Shown: positions 19,556-28,999 of the stretch, piece by piece
How the letters are laid out: each line of letters starts with the position of its first letter
Numbering within the stretch: position 1 is the stretch's first letter
Virus record (IMG/VR): IMGVR_UViG_3300027805_000006
Source: a virus
Lineage: Duplodnaviria; Caudoviricetes
Length of the DNA: 64,000 nt
Direction: 5' to 3' (one strand)
Program-made: the position numbers and the translations under genes
The notes under the pieces: model-generated
Told to the model about the DNA's origin: nothing
The model's database searches: none
Seen by the model: the letters and a program-made list of their open reading frames with translations, nothing else

Positions 19556-21034
19556 ATGACACTACCTTCATCAGGTCCTATTTCATTTCTAGATATTCAG
19601 AATGAATTTGGCGGGTCTAATCCAATTGGATTAGATGAATACTACCGGGGTGGGTCATATGTTCCTGTAGGTACTGCCGCAGGAACCGGGTCATCGCAAA
19701 CTGCACCCCTAACTCCTGTTGCTCCAGTTCAAATTACCACTGGCGGTACTATCCAACTCTCAATGTTCCGTGGAACTACAGCAATAGTTCCATTCGTTCT
19801 AAACGTTGTCATATCTTCACTTACTGAAGACTTCAATATGAGAAGTTATGCTCTTGCAAATGGATGGGATGGAACCTCTCCACTTAATATGAGCGTAACC
19901 ATCAACACCGGAGTTACAGTATCATCTTCATCAACTTCTACTCCAGCATTCACAACTAAAACTGCAGGAGATCCTACATTCCCAGTTGGTTCAAGTTTGA
20001 CGCTGTTGAATAATGGAATAATTGCTGGTCGTGGTGGTGCTGGTGGTGTAGGTGCTAATGTAGTCAATGTGACAACTTTGACTAACGGTGGTGCTGGTGG
20101 TGTAGGTGGACCTGCACTTGAAGCGCTTGATGCAATTTCAATTACACTTAATGGAGTAATTGGTGGTGGCGGGGGTGGTGGAGGTGGTGGAGGTGCTGCA
20201 ATTTATTCCACTGGCGGAAAAGATTCTGTAGATTCTGGTCTATCTGGAGGCGGTGGTGGTGGTGGACGTTCTATACTTTCTGGTGGAAATGGTGGAGCGC
20301 CTGGAACTGTTAATACTTCAACTGGCTCTGGTATTGAAAATGCAATTATTGGAGGCATAGGTGCAAGTGGAACAGTAACTGCCCCTGGATCAGGGGGAGT
20401 TGGTCCTTCTTCAGCAGGTTCTGGTACTACATCAGCAGGTTCTGGTGGATTAGGTGGTGACTTAGGACAACCTGGCGCTGCAGGAAGAACGTTAACTGGA
20501 TCTGTAGGTGGTGCAGGTGGTGCTGCTGGAGCAGCAGTTATTGGAAACTCAAATATTACTTGGGCCTTTGGCAGTTCTGCAGGAATTTATGGCTCTGGCG
20601 GACCTACAGTGGTGGTACCAAGCGGATCAGGAACTTGGCAGGCTTGGAACTTTGCTAGCGGCTTTTCAGCTACAACTGTTTCTTCTATTATAACATTCTA
20701 TCCAGGTGGTACAGTTCTACCACTTTTAAGTTGGTACAATAGTGCTCCTAATTACTGGGTTACACCGACAGGAGCAGGTGTTGGAAATGACTATTGGATA
20801 AAATTTACCTTTATTTCTCTGGATAATGGTGGTGCTACTATTTTAGGAGACGCTTTGAATACATGGATGCCGCTTGATATATCACGATCTATCGGTGTTC
20901 AAGTATCTGGCTCTGATAATGATGCAACTCTTACTGTAACAGTTCAATTTGCAACTGATTCTGCTGGAACAAATATCGTTGCCACACACACTGGTGTTAC
21001 AACAAATGCAATAATCTTCCCAGCAGGCGCTTGA
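19556..21034 (+). CDS. Glycine-rich gp38-like adhesin (copy 3) with C-terminal extension
   Basis: Paralog of 17769. The tail W.T.T..G.G..YWI.FT...GTNIVATHTG is shared with copy 2. Confidence 0.7.
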   Translation: MTLPSSGPISFLDIQNEFGGSNPIGLDEYYRGGSYVPVGTAAGTGSSQTAPLTPVAPVQITTGGTIQLSMFRGTTAIVPFVLNVVISSLTEDFNMRSYALANGWDGTSPLNMSVTINTGVTVSSSSTSTPAFTTKTAGDPTFPVGSSLTLLNNGIIAGRGGAGGVGANVVNVTTLTNGGAGGVGGPALEALDAISITLNGVIGGGGGGGGGGGAAIYSTGGKDSVDSGLSGGGGGGGRSILSGGNGGAPGTVNTSTGSGIENAIIGGIGASGTVTAPGSGGVGPSSAGSGTTSAGSGGLGGDLGQPGAAGRTLTGSVGGAGGAAGAAVIGNSNITWAFGSSAGIYGSGGPTVVVPSGSGTWQAWNFASGFSATTVSSIITFYPGGTVLPLLSWYNSAPNYWVTPTGAGVGNDYWIKFTFISLDNGGATILGDALNTWMPLDISRSIGVQVSGSDNDATLTVTVQFATDSAGTNIVATHTGVTTNAIIFPAGA

Positions 21035-21063
21035 TTTTTATCTTAAAGGCAGACACCAGCGAA

Positions 21064-21071
21064 TATAAATA
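21064..21071 (+). promoter_or_regulatory. Perfect T4 late promoter TATAAATA
   Basis: Exact consensus upstream of GGAG and the ATG at 21099. Confidence 0.75.
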
Positions 21072-21098
21072 AAATCAATCATATGATGGAGATCTAAA

Positions 21099-21449
21099 AT
21101 GAAGCAATTTGAATGGAAAATTAATCACGTTGAACAAGCGCAGGGAACAATGCTTGTTGAATACACCTACAACGGATCTTCAATGGTCTATAACCTACCA
21201 GTGCCTCCTGCCGACCAGGACATTGCAGAATGGGTCAAGATGTACGCTCCTGTGTCAGAGTGGGAAAGATCTGAAGCGCAGTTGGCTGCAGTTGAAGTTG
21301 GAATGACAGGCTCGCACGTTATTATTTCTCCTACTGCAGGTGTTGCTCCAGCAAGCGAGGTACCTTCTCTTTCAGGTAGCCTGAATGAGGAATACATTCG
21401 CGCCGTTGTTTATTCAGTTCTTGAGGAAATGCGGGAAGCACAGGTGTGA
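21099..21449 (+). CDS. Hypothetical protein (tail-module associated)
   Basis: Late promoter, GGAG SD, and GTGA overlap with the next gene. Confidence 0.75.
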   Translation: MKQFEWKINHVEQAQGTMLVEYTYNGSSMVYNLPVPPADQDIAEWVKMYAPVSEWERSEAQLAAVEVGMTGSHVIISPTAGVAPASEVPSLSGSLNEEYIRAVVYSVLEEMREAQV

Positions 21450-22003
21450 AAGAGACCTTGCACAATGCAAGGCGCCTTGATGAAACCAGAGTAAAGCGAG
21501 CATTTGGCTGGGTAGTTACCTTTCGGGATTTTCCTGAAGGCTCCTGGCAGGTAGTAGGCGGCGATAAGATGATGACAGAAGCACTTACCCTTTTTACTAA
21601 AGGGCGTGCTGAATTTTATCTTGACGGCGAAAGGCGCGGAGATAGAGTACCTGGAATCCTTTCCTCTGAGCATGATCTAGTTGGGCTAAACGGAGAATTC
21701 ACACTTAAATACGTTGAGCCTACTACACGTGTTTGCATTTTTTCTGGATTTGCTGGAAACAAAAATCAACTTCCAAATGTGTCAAAAATAGTTCTCCATA
21801 AAGAGCAACAGCAAAATGCTAGTGCGGGGTTTAAAGCACTGGTATGTTTAGGCGAAGTAAAGGTAAATGACAAGATTTTTACAGAGGAAAAAACGTTTTC
21901 AGTTGTATCAAACTCTGCTACTATAGAAGCCCTCTCAGAGCAAGTAATTTTATTGGATTTTTCAAATGCTACAGCGCCATCTAGACAAACTATTCAATCA
22001 TAG
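21446..22003 (+). CDS. Hypothetical protein (beta-rich, possibly cupin-like)
   Basis: Translationally coupled ORF; the fold suggestion is inference only. Confidence 0.65.
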   Translation: MKETLHNARRLDETRVKRAFGWVVTFRDFPEGSWQVVGGDKMMTEALTLFTKGRAEFYLDGERRGDRVPGILSSEHDLVGLNGEFTLKYVEPTTRVCIFSGFAGNKNQLPNVSKIVLHKEQQQNASAGFKALVCLGEVKVNDKIFTEEKTFSVVSNSATIEALSEQVILLDFSNATAPSRQTIQS

Positions 22004-22703
22004 GCTGATTTATACGCCACTCGCGTCATATGCTGGGTTGGGAGCAGTAGGCATAGGGGCATATGGTCTAATTTTCTTAGGTGTTTCTCCACTTTGGCTT
22101 TTAGCAACTTTAGTCTTTACATTCGTTATTCTAATGGGTGTAACTGTAGGAATGCATCGCCTATTTTGTCACATGTCATTTAGGACCAATCATTTTTGGG
22201 AATATTTGTTGGCATACGTAGGAACATTGGCTATGTATGGCTCAACTGTACAGTGGTGTGCTATGCACACTTCTCACCATCGATACGCTGATACTGAAAA
22301 AGACCCACACTATACGGGTTGGAGGTATCTTTTCTGGAAGAAAAATAGAAAGACAGAATTCAACAAAAAAGTTCTAGTCAGACTTTATAGACAACCGCTG
22401 CATCGATTTCTTCACCGGTACTATACATTGGTGATCGCTTTAACGTGTCTTTTTCTCTTTATTATTTCACCTTGGGCATTGGTATTTTGCTATCTCATTC
22501 CACTTTTTTGGCTTCACTTCGTTGGTTCATTTCACCAGGTATTTGCGCATGGAAGCAAAGGACCAAGAAACCTTCCGATAATGGAAGCATTGATGTTTAC
22601 TGGTGGTGAGTGGCTTCATAGACAACATCATGACAGCCCAAAATCTATTCGATTTGGGTCTTTAGATGCTGGATTTTTCTTTATAAGACTTATTTCTGTT
22701 TAG
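21966..22703 (+). CDS. Membrane fatty acid desaturase (delta-9-like), copy 1
   Basis: Three His boxes HRLFCH, HTSHHRY and HRQHH, plus hydrophobic TM segments. Confidence 0.85.
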   Translation: MLQRHLDKLFNHRLIYTPLASYAGLGAVGIGAYGLIFLGVSPLWLLATLVFTFVILMGVTVGMHRLFCHMSFRTNHFWEYLLAYVGTLAMYGSTVQWCAMHTSHHRYADTEKDPHYTGWRYLFWKKNRKTEFNKKVLVRLYRQPLHRFLHRYYTLVIALTCLFLFIISPWALVFCYLIPLFWLHFVGSFHQVFAHGSKGPRNLPIMEALMFTGGEWLHRQHHDSPKSIRFGSLDAGFFFIRLISV

Positions 22704-24184
22704 CACTCTAACTGGACTTCATACCCCCAGAGATAATCTACGTAATCGGTTACAATATCCGCATCAAGTAAATTGAGGTCTCTATCCATATATTGTTCAT
22801 ACTTTAGATGAAGCGTGCGGTCACCTTCAAGGTCGGCACCCACCACCTTTATTTGAGGAACATAGTTAATTCTCTCCATAGTACGAGCCAAGGCAATTCG
22901 AATATTTTTATATCCAATTTCATCATGAATTTCTGTAACTAGTGCATAGTCTTCTTCTTCCTCATCTTCATCAGGAGGAGGATCAACCCTAATGCTAAAC
23001 AGCTTCAAGTCACGAATAACTTTAGGTGATAGATATTGCTGAATAAAACTGTCATCTCGATGCTCAAATACTGCTTCCTTTACCACATCTTGCCATCGCC
23101 TACCAATAAGATGAGGCATCCACTCTTTATCTTCATCAGTTGGGTTTTCACAGATGCGCTTTACGTCCTGCAGGATGGCAAAGCCAAGTGCGTAAGGATT
23201 GATACCACTGTAGTGACGTGAATTATAACTTGGCTGATAAATTACACCTGAGTGAAAATCAAGGAACGCCATGAAGGCATCTGGTGATAGAATCCCCTTT
23301 TCTTCCAAGCGCGTCATAATGTAGTAGTGGCAGAATGAGGCATACCCTTCATTCAGGTTCTTTGTCTGCGCCTGTGGGTAAAAATACTGGTTTACCTTGT
23401 AGACAATTCTTAAAATTTCACGCTTCCACTGTTCTAAAGAAGGAGACTTCTTCATAATGAAGTACAGAAGATTTTCCTCTTCCTCCATTTTATCTTCATC
23501 TTCCCTATCAAGCTCAGGGTCGATGGAACTTGTGCGCTTAAGAATAATGTCTAGTTCTTGCTGCCGCTTCTCTTCACGTTCCATTAGCACCTTAAGCCTA
23601 GCCTCTTCACTTAACTTTGGGCGATGCTTGCGCTTAAACTTATCGATGCCGTGAGGTGCCAGTGCGTGTGCTGCATCTAGCACCATTTCAACTTCATCTT
23701 CACCATAACGTTGCTCGCATTGGCGAATATAGTCACGCGCAAAAATCATGTAGTCAATAATTGAACCAGCATTTGTCCATTGTTTGAAGGTCTCGTTATT
23801 ACGAAAAACTGCATTATGCCCAAACGCGGCGTGCGCAATCACCATTGTCTGCTGCAGCATGCTGTTTTCTTCCATAAGATAAGAGATGCAGGGGTCAGAG
23901 TTAATTACAATTTCATATGCTAAACCCATTCGTCCTGTCTGATATGCCTTTTCATTTTTTAGAAATTCTTTTCCAAATGACCAGTGATTATAGTTAATTG
24001 GAAGACCAATAGAAGCATATGCATCCAGCATTTGCTCCGCACTTATGATTTCAATAGCATTAGGATATAAAAGACCTTTTAATTCTAATTCTTCATGCGC
24101 AATTTTTTCGCATTCCATGTAAATTTGCTCAATTAGCGCAGGTGACCAGTCAGTACGGGATGTGATGTAAAGTGGTGTGCTCAT
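22700..24184 (-). CDS. spoVR: SpoVR/YcgB family protein
   Basis: GLPINYNHWSFGK, GLAYEIVINSDPCISYLMEEN, AHAAFGHN, TKNLNEGYASFCHY, INPYALGF. Confidence 0.95.
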   Translation of the reverse strand: MSTPLYITSRTDWSPALIEQIYMECEKIAHEELELKGLLYPNAIEIISAEQMLDAYASIGLPINYNHWSFGKEFLKNEKAYQTGRMGLAYEIVINSDPCISYLMEENSMLQQTMVIAHAAFGHNAVFRNNETFKQWTNAGSIIDYMIFARDYIRQCEQRYGEDEVEMVLDAAHALAPHGIDKFKRKHRPKLSEEARLKVLMEREEKRQQELDIILKRTSSIDPELDREDEDKMEEEENLLYFIMKKSPSLEQWKREILRIVYKVNQYFYPQAQTKNLNEGYASFCHYYIMTRLEEKGILSPDAFMAFLDFHSGVIYQPSYNSRHYSGINPYALGFAILQDVKRICENPTDEDKEWMPHLIGRRWQDVVKEAVFEHRDDSFIQQYLSPKVIRDLKLFSIRVDPPPDEDEEEEDYALVTEIHDEIGYKNIRIALARTMERINYVPQIKVVGADLEGDRTLHLKYEQYMDRDLNLLDADIVTDYVDYLWGYEVQLEC

Positions 24185-24297
24185 GACTTCCTTTGAATTG
24201 ATGGGAATAGACCTACCCCAACTGCTTCTCTAACCTCTTGTTGCCAGTGAAAATCGATTTTATCAAAAAAGGCTTCTGCTAGATAAGTGACATTCAT
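24181..24297 (-). CDS. Small ORF (38 aa, MNVTYLAEAFFDKIDFHWQQEVREAVGVGLFPSIQRKS) filling the yeaH-spoVR gap
   Basis: Read by hand. It has ATGA overlaps with both yeaH (stop) and spoVR (start). Confidence 0.6.
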   Translation of the reverse strand: MNVTYLAEAFFDKIDFHWQQEVREAVGVGLFPSIQRKS

Positions 24298-25658
24298 GCT
24301 GATGCCTTTGGCTTCTTTGCATATATTGAACGGAAGGCGCTAAAGACTGCGCTATCTTCTCCGATCTTGATAGCATGCATCTTTGGATTTGTACGCGAAA
24401 TTGACGTCATTACATTCCAAAGTGAAACTCCAGAGGCGTAGTTAAAGGTACCAGCAATAGACATACCTACCTGTACATAGACAGCATGACGCAGTTTAGC
24501 AATCAGCCCGTTCTCTTCAAGTTCTGCAATTACCTGTGGATTATCAGAGTCCCAGTTATCGCCATCTCCCGCATATGAAAGATAGATATTTGTTTGCTGA
24601 ATATCATATCGTGTCTTAATGATATCGTGCGCAAGTTTAAATGCTGGGGAAACAATGGTACCACCGCTCTTTCGTGTAGTAAAGAAATCCTCTTCAGTCA
24701 TCTCCTCCGCACCATCAGTGTGAGCGATAAAGATAAGATCGGTGTTTGGATATTTCCTCTTGATGAAGGCATACTGCAGTGAAAAGAATTTTCTGGCAAC
24801 TCGCTTCTTATTCTCATCCATAGAGCCGCTAATGTCCATCACCATCACAAGAACCGCGTCAGCCTGCTTTACCTGAATACGCTCGCTCTTTTTGTAGCGA
24901 AGATCAACTTTTTCAAAGAATGGAATAATTGAAATTTTTGACTTTAGTTCTTCAATGCGCTGGATAACATCTTTTCGACGTGCTTCGTAACTTGCGCTTA
25001 TCGGATTTCCAGAAAGAAATTCTTCAATTTTTTCTAGTTCTTTTTCAAGTGCAGCAAGTTCTTCACGGCTTTCGGCGGCGACGGCACGTCGCCGCCCAAT
25101 TGAATTTCTAAATGAGCGAATTACACTAAGTTGAGCAGCATTGCCTTCCTTCTGAAAACCTGCAGGCTTCCATACTGCTTCAGGCAGGTCCTTTTCATTT
25201 GTTTCAAGAAGATCAGGTAGTTCGCAGTCTTCAAAGAAAACATCAAAGAATTCTGAGCGACTAATATTGACAATAAAATCATCTTCGCCATCTTCGCCAG
25301 GTCCGGAACCATTTCCTCTGCCACCTCTGCCACCACCACTTCGGTCAATAATAAACTTATCACCTCTTTCCCAACGGTCATTTCCAATGAGTATGCTTTC
25401 GTAGTTTCCAGTTGATGAATCGTAGCGGAAGGTAGGCTCATGAAGTGCGTCCTTCGCAATCTTCACCGGATTGATAAACGACTTAGAGGAAGATTGACCT
25501 CCAGCCGCCTTTACTCCTCCAGCATCGATATCTACTGGCTTTGATTGACGAATACTATCTTTAATCCGTGCCAGTAATTTAGAACGATTATTAAGTGACT
25601 TGCCTCTGCTAGTTTTGCGTCTATCAACGAAAATGAAAGTCGTTGACGGTAAAGTCAT
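24294..25658 (-). CDS. yeaH: YeaH/YhbH (DUF444) vWA-domain protein
   Basis: FVDRR..SRGKSL.N, MDISGSM MIDAS motif, FFTTRKSGGTIVS, YAGDGDNW. Confidence 0.92.
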   Translation of the reverse strand: MTLPSTTFIFVDRRKTSRGKSLNNRSKLLARIKDSIRQSKPVDIDAGGVKAAGGQSSSKSFINPVKIAKDALHEPTFRYDSSTGNYESILIGNDRWERGDKFIIDRSGGGRGGRGNGSGPGEDGEDDFIVNISRSEFFDVFFEDCELPDLLETNEKDLPEAVWKPAGFQKEGNAAQLSVIRSFRNSIGRRRAVAAESREELAALEKELEKIEEFLSGNPISASYEARRKDVIQRIEELKSKISIIPFFEKVDLRYKKSERIQVKQADAVLVMVMDISGSMDENKKRVARKFFSLQYAFIKRKYPNTDLIFIAHTDGAEEMTEEDFFTTRKSGGTIVSPAFKLAHDIIKTRYDIQQTNIYLSYAGDGDNWDSDNPQVIAELEENGLIAKLRHAVYVQVGMSIAGTFNYASGVSLWNVMTSISRTNPKMHAIKIGEDSAVFSAFRSIYAKKPKASA

Positions 25659-25659
25659 A

Positions 25660-25863
25660 TTAGCCCCTTAGAAATAGAAGCGTATAGAAAATGCCAGTAG
25701 CGCAAAACCAAGTGTATCCTACTGACCAAATGGCAAGTGAATTTCCAAACATAAAAGGAATCCAACCAAAAGTTGCCAATAGAAAAGCATATGCCTTGCC
25801 TCTGTTGCTCAGACCATCTAGCCAAGAATAAAACTTGCTTGTGATATTAGATAAAATCTTCAT
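25660..25863 (-). CDS. Small membrane protein inserted between prkA and yeaH
   Basis: 67 aa with two hydrophobic segments and a GGAGG SD. Confidence 0.7.
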   Translation of the reverse strand: MKILSNITSKFYSWLDGLSNRGKAYAFLLATFGWIPFMFGNSLAIWSVGYTWFCATGIFYTLLFLRG

Positions 25864-25884
25864 ATTCAGTCCTCCAGAATGTTA

Positions 25885-27843
25885 CTAGGCCGCCTTCCTA
25901 TTGTTAGTAAACCAAGCAACTAGAATCTTTGTCTGATTTTCAGTATACCCCTTTTCAAGCATTCGCTCAACGAAACCGCGGTGTTTTTCTTCTGTGTCCT
26001 TGTCCTGCTTAGGTCCAAATGCAATGACTGGCATAATCTGCTCAGTGGCGCTAAACATGCGCTTTTCAATTACGGTCTTGATTTTTTCGTATTGGTCCCA
26101 AGATGGTGACTTGCCTTCGTTCTTTGCCTTGTAGCGCAGAACGTAATGAACGATTTCATTGCGGAAGTCCTTGGCATTTACAATACCAGCCGCCTTTTCA
26201 ATCTCTTCCAACTTCTTATTGAGATTTTCACGGTCAAGTAAAGTATGGGTCTCAGGGTCACGACATTGTTCGTCAGCCAACCAAGCCTCGGCGAACAAAA
26301 CATAGCGTTCAAACATATTCTGACCAAATGAGCGATAACTTTCAAGGTAGGCTGTGCGCAGTTCCTTTTCAAGGAACTCAAAGTAGCGTGGCTGGAGGTG
26401 TGACTTGATGAAGTCAAGGTACTCATCAGTCGTTTCCTTTGGAAGATTTTCCTTCTTCACGCTCTCCTCAAGCACGTACATTAGATCAATAGGGTTTGCC
26501 TGCTGTTCCTCTGGGCGTAGGTCATAGGTTGCAGAAAGAACCTTGAAGGCGAAGCGGGTAGACATTCCCTTCATTCCCTCGTCATTCCCAGCGGCATCGC
26601 GATACTCTTCGTATGGCTTTGCATTGGGCATGGTGTCCTTTACGTTATCACCGTTATAAACGCGAAGTTTGGCGTAGATGGTACTGTTTTCTGGCTTCTT
26701 TAGGCGGGTAAGAATGCTCCACTGTGCCAGCATCTTAAGTGTTCCAGGTGCACATGGTGCAGTTGCGAGAGAACTTACCTTAAGCATCTTTTCGTAGATA
26801 AGAATTTCTTCAATAGTTCGCAAGCAGTATGGTACATCGACAATGTAAACCCGGTCAAGGAATGCTTCGTTAGTTTTGTTGTTGCGGAAATTGAACCACT
26901 CGCTTTCATTTGAGTGAGCCATAATAATTCCGGTATAAGGCATAGAAGGAATGGCTTCAGTGCCGTTATAGTTGTGTTCCTGTGTAGCCATTAGCAATGG
27001 GTTGAGCGTCTTGATATTTGCCTTAAACATTTCAGCAAAATCCATCAAACCCTGATTAGTGCGGTTGAGACCACCACTGTATGAATACGCGTATGGGTGA
27101 TTCTGAGGAAATTTTTCCAATTTACGAATATCAATCTTTCCAACTAGAACTGAAACGTCCTGGTTGTTTTCATCGCCTGGCTCAACCTTCATCACGCCGA
27201 TTTGGCTGTCCTTATTTGGATAAACCTTAATTACCTTAAAGCGGGTAATATCACCGTCAAATTCCTTCAATTTTTCCTGAGCCCACCCACTCATTACCGT
27301 ATTAAGGTAGCGCTGTGGAATTCCATATTCCTTCTCAAGCATTTCTCCGTGCTCAAACTGGTTGAATAGCCCTAGAGGGCTATCAAGAACAGGAGACATC
27401 CGCTTTTCTACATCATTTTCTTGTGCATCATAAAGAACATAGATTGGAAACTTCTGCATCAAAGCCTTTAGGCGCTCTGCAAGAGATGACTTACCACCAC
27501 CTACTGGTCCCTTTAGATACAGAATTTGCTTGCTCTCTTCTAGTCCTGCTGCACTATTTCGGAAGTATGCTGCAATTCGCTCAATTGCATCTTCTGCTCC
27601 GTAAAAATCAGCAAATGAACGATATAGACGAATTTTCTTGTTTGAGTGAATTCTTGAAAGACGAGCGTCTTCACTCGTATCAATAATTTCAGGCTGGCCG
27701 ATTGCAGCAACCATTCTCTCTGCTGCAGTTGCATAGGTCATTTTATCCTGCTTACACCTGTCTAGAAACTGTTCCAGCGAAATAATTTCTGGCTGGGCAA
27801 ATTTACTAGCAAATGAGGCGGAAAGAGATGAGAGAGCAGTCAT
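25885..27843 (-). CDS. prkA: PrkA/YeaG family serine kinase / AAA+ ATPase
   Basis: ILYLKGPVGGGKSS Walker A, EPGDENNQDVS.LVGK.DIRKLE, YSGGLNR.NQGLM.F.EMFKA, LAHSNESEW-like segment. Confidence 0.95.
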   Translation of the reverse strand: MTALSSLSASFASKFAQPEIISLEQFLDRCKQDKMTYATAAERMVAAIGQPEIIDTSEDARLSRIHSNKKIRLYRSFADFYGAEDAIERIAAYFRNSAAGLEESKQILYLKGPVGGGKSSLAERLKALMQKFPIYVLYDAQENDVEKRMSPVLDSPLGLFNQFEHGEMLEKEYGIPQRYLNTVMSGWAQEKLKEFDGDITRFKVIKVYPNKDSQIGVMKVEPGDENNQDVSVLVGKIDIRKLEKFPQNHPYAYSYSGGLNRTNQGLMDFAEMFKANIKTLNPLLMATQEHNYNGTEAIPSMPYTGIIMAHSNESEWFNFRNNKTNEAFLDRVYIVDVPYCLRTIEEILIYEKMLKVSSLATAPCAPGTLKMLAQWSILTRLKKPENSTIYAKLRVYNGDNVKDTMPNAKPYEEYRDAAGNDEGMKGMSTRFAFKVLSATYDLRPEEQQANPIDLMYVLEESVKKENLPKETTDEYLDFIKSHLQPRYFEFLEKELRTAYLESYRSFGQNMFERYVLFAEAWLADEQCRDPETHTLLDRENLNKKLEEIEKAAGIVNAKDFRNEIVHYVLRYKAKNEGKSPSWDQYEKIKTVIEKRMFSATEQIMPVIAFGPKQDKDTEEKHRGFVERMLEKGYTENQTKILVAWFTNNRKAA

Positions 27844-27877
27844 TTAAATCCCTTCTGAAATATAGATATGTTTAAAG

Positions 27878-27883
27878 TATTTA
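27878..27883 (-). promoter_or_regulatory. T4-type late promoter core TAAATA upstream of prkA
   Basis: Intergenic, about 35 nt before the start at 27843. Confidence 0.55.
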
Positions 27884-27921
27884 CGGCTATTTTGGTGTAT
27901 TTTTTACAATTTTGCAAAAAA

Positions 27922-28281
27922 TTACAGGTGAATCAATTGTCCTTCAATGGAAGCAGAAGGCTCGACCGCAAGTGATTTATAAAATATTTTATCTGCTTTG
28001 AGAACACTTTGCTTCTTGATAATTAGGTTGCCCTCAACTCTAATTTCCTTTGCAGAAATACTTCCAGAAATAGTAAGGTCATCACTCATAACAATATCAA
28101 TGCACGTAACGCTGCCATTTACAAGGAGGTGTGTTTTGCCGGTTTTATCTTCAGCCGTTTTGATATGACCGCCAGAAAATAAACCATCAATCACGCACAC
28201 GCCATTTAAGTTTAGGTTACCAGAAAATTCAGTGCCTTTGCCAATAATGGTATCAAATCCTTGTGCCCCAAATAAACTCAT
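27922..28281 (-). CDS. Bactofilin (polymer-forming cytoskeletal, DUF583) family protein
   Basis: TIIGKGTEFSGNL...IDGLFSG...GSISAKEIRVEGNL...SVL..DKIFYKSLAVEPSASIEGQL is a beta-helix repeat pattern typical of bactofilins. Confidence 0.85.
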   Translation of the reverse strand: MSLFGAQGFDTIIGKGTEFSGNLNLNGVCVIDGLFSGGHIKTAEDKTGKTHLLVNGSVTCIDIVMSDDLTISGSISAKEIRVEGNLIIKKQSVLKADKIFYKSLAVEPSASIEGQLIHL

Positions 28282-28487
28282 TTTGCACCCTTCTTATTTG
28301 AAGTGACTGATTTAATCGCATATTCAAATATTGGAAACATACGACCTGTAAAAAATGCTAAAATGACACCAAAAAATACACCGATGAAATTGTCAGCAAA
28401 TTCAGCAACTAACATAATTATGGGAAAAATAAAAAGCAGGCGGTGTGGGAAAAAAAGGATGACTTTATCCAGATTATTATTTTTCAT
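28278..28487 (-). CDS. Small membrane protein
   Basis: 69 aa, two hydrophobic segments, overlaps the bactofilin start. Confidence 0.65.
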   Translation of the reverse strand: MKNNNLDKVILFFPHRLLFIFPIIMLVAEFADNFIGVFFGVILAFFTGRMFPIFEYAIKSVTSNKKGAK

Positions 28488-28512
28488 TTACTGCTATCCT
28501 TAAAAATTTATT

Positions 28513-28737
28513 TTATCTATCAAATTTTGTCAGGAACAGTTGCCCGACAATCATTTCGCATGCAGACAGTTTCCCATCACGTAGATATTCTTTCACAACT
28601 CCTGCAACTATTTCATCTACAGCCTCAGTTGCAATTTCAGGGTTAATGTTAATTCCGCCTAGGCAGAAATCACAATGTTGAAGAGCGTCTAGGATATGCT
28701 GCCTAAACTCTGGCAAGTTTGATGGTAAAGGCATCAT
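28513..28737 (-). CDS. Hypothetical protein
   Basis: ORF coupled by ATGA overlap. Confidence 0.65.
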   Translation of the reverse strand: MMPLPSNLPEFRQHILDALQHCDFCLGGININPEIATEAVDEIVAGVVKEYLRDGKLSACEMIVGQLFLTKFDR

Positions 28738-28973
28738 TTGTATTTCAACTCCTCATCTACAGAGCGTAAAACGTCAATCATCTGCCCCGCATTTTCAAAA
28801 GTTTCGCCTGGGGTAAGACCAAAAAAGTGCTGAGCACAGTAGGCTAAGATGTTGCCTAAATTACCTTCCCCAGTGCGCTCAAACTCATTGAGCATTGAGG
28901 GAAGTTGCTCACGATATGGCTCCATTTCTGGAATTGAGCCAATCAGGTCGTAATTAAGTTTGATAGTTGCCAT
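28734..28973 (-). CDS. Hypothetical protein
   Basis: First ORF after a sigma70-like promoter. Confidence 0.65.
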   Translation of the reverse strand: MATIKLNYDLIGSIPEMEPYREQLPSMLNEFERTGEGNLGNILAYCAQHFFGLTPGETFENAGQMIDVLRSVDEELKYK

Positions 28974-28999
28974 ACGCTTTAAAGGTTGTTCGTATGACT

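Noticed and set aside
2374-20693. Numerous antisense and alternate-frame ORFs in the ORF track (for example 2374-2760, 3811-4236, 11964-12545, 17144-17707, 17966-18442)
   Set aside because: They are shadows of Thr/Ala/Gly-rich or poly-Gly sense genes, with no start signals or family motifs.
2-21034. Diversity-generating retroelement acting on fibre genes
   Set aside because: No reverse transcriptase in the window. Repeat copies are in-frame coding modules that differ mostly at synonymous positions, not in an adenine-specific way.
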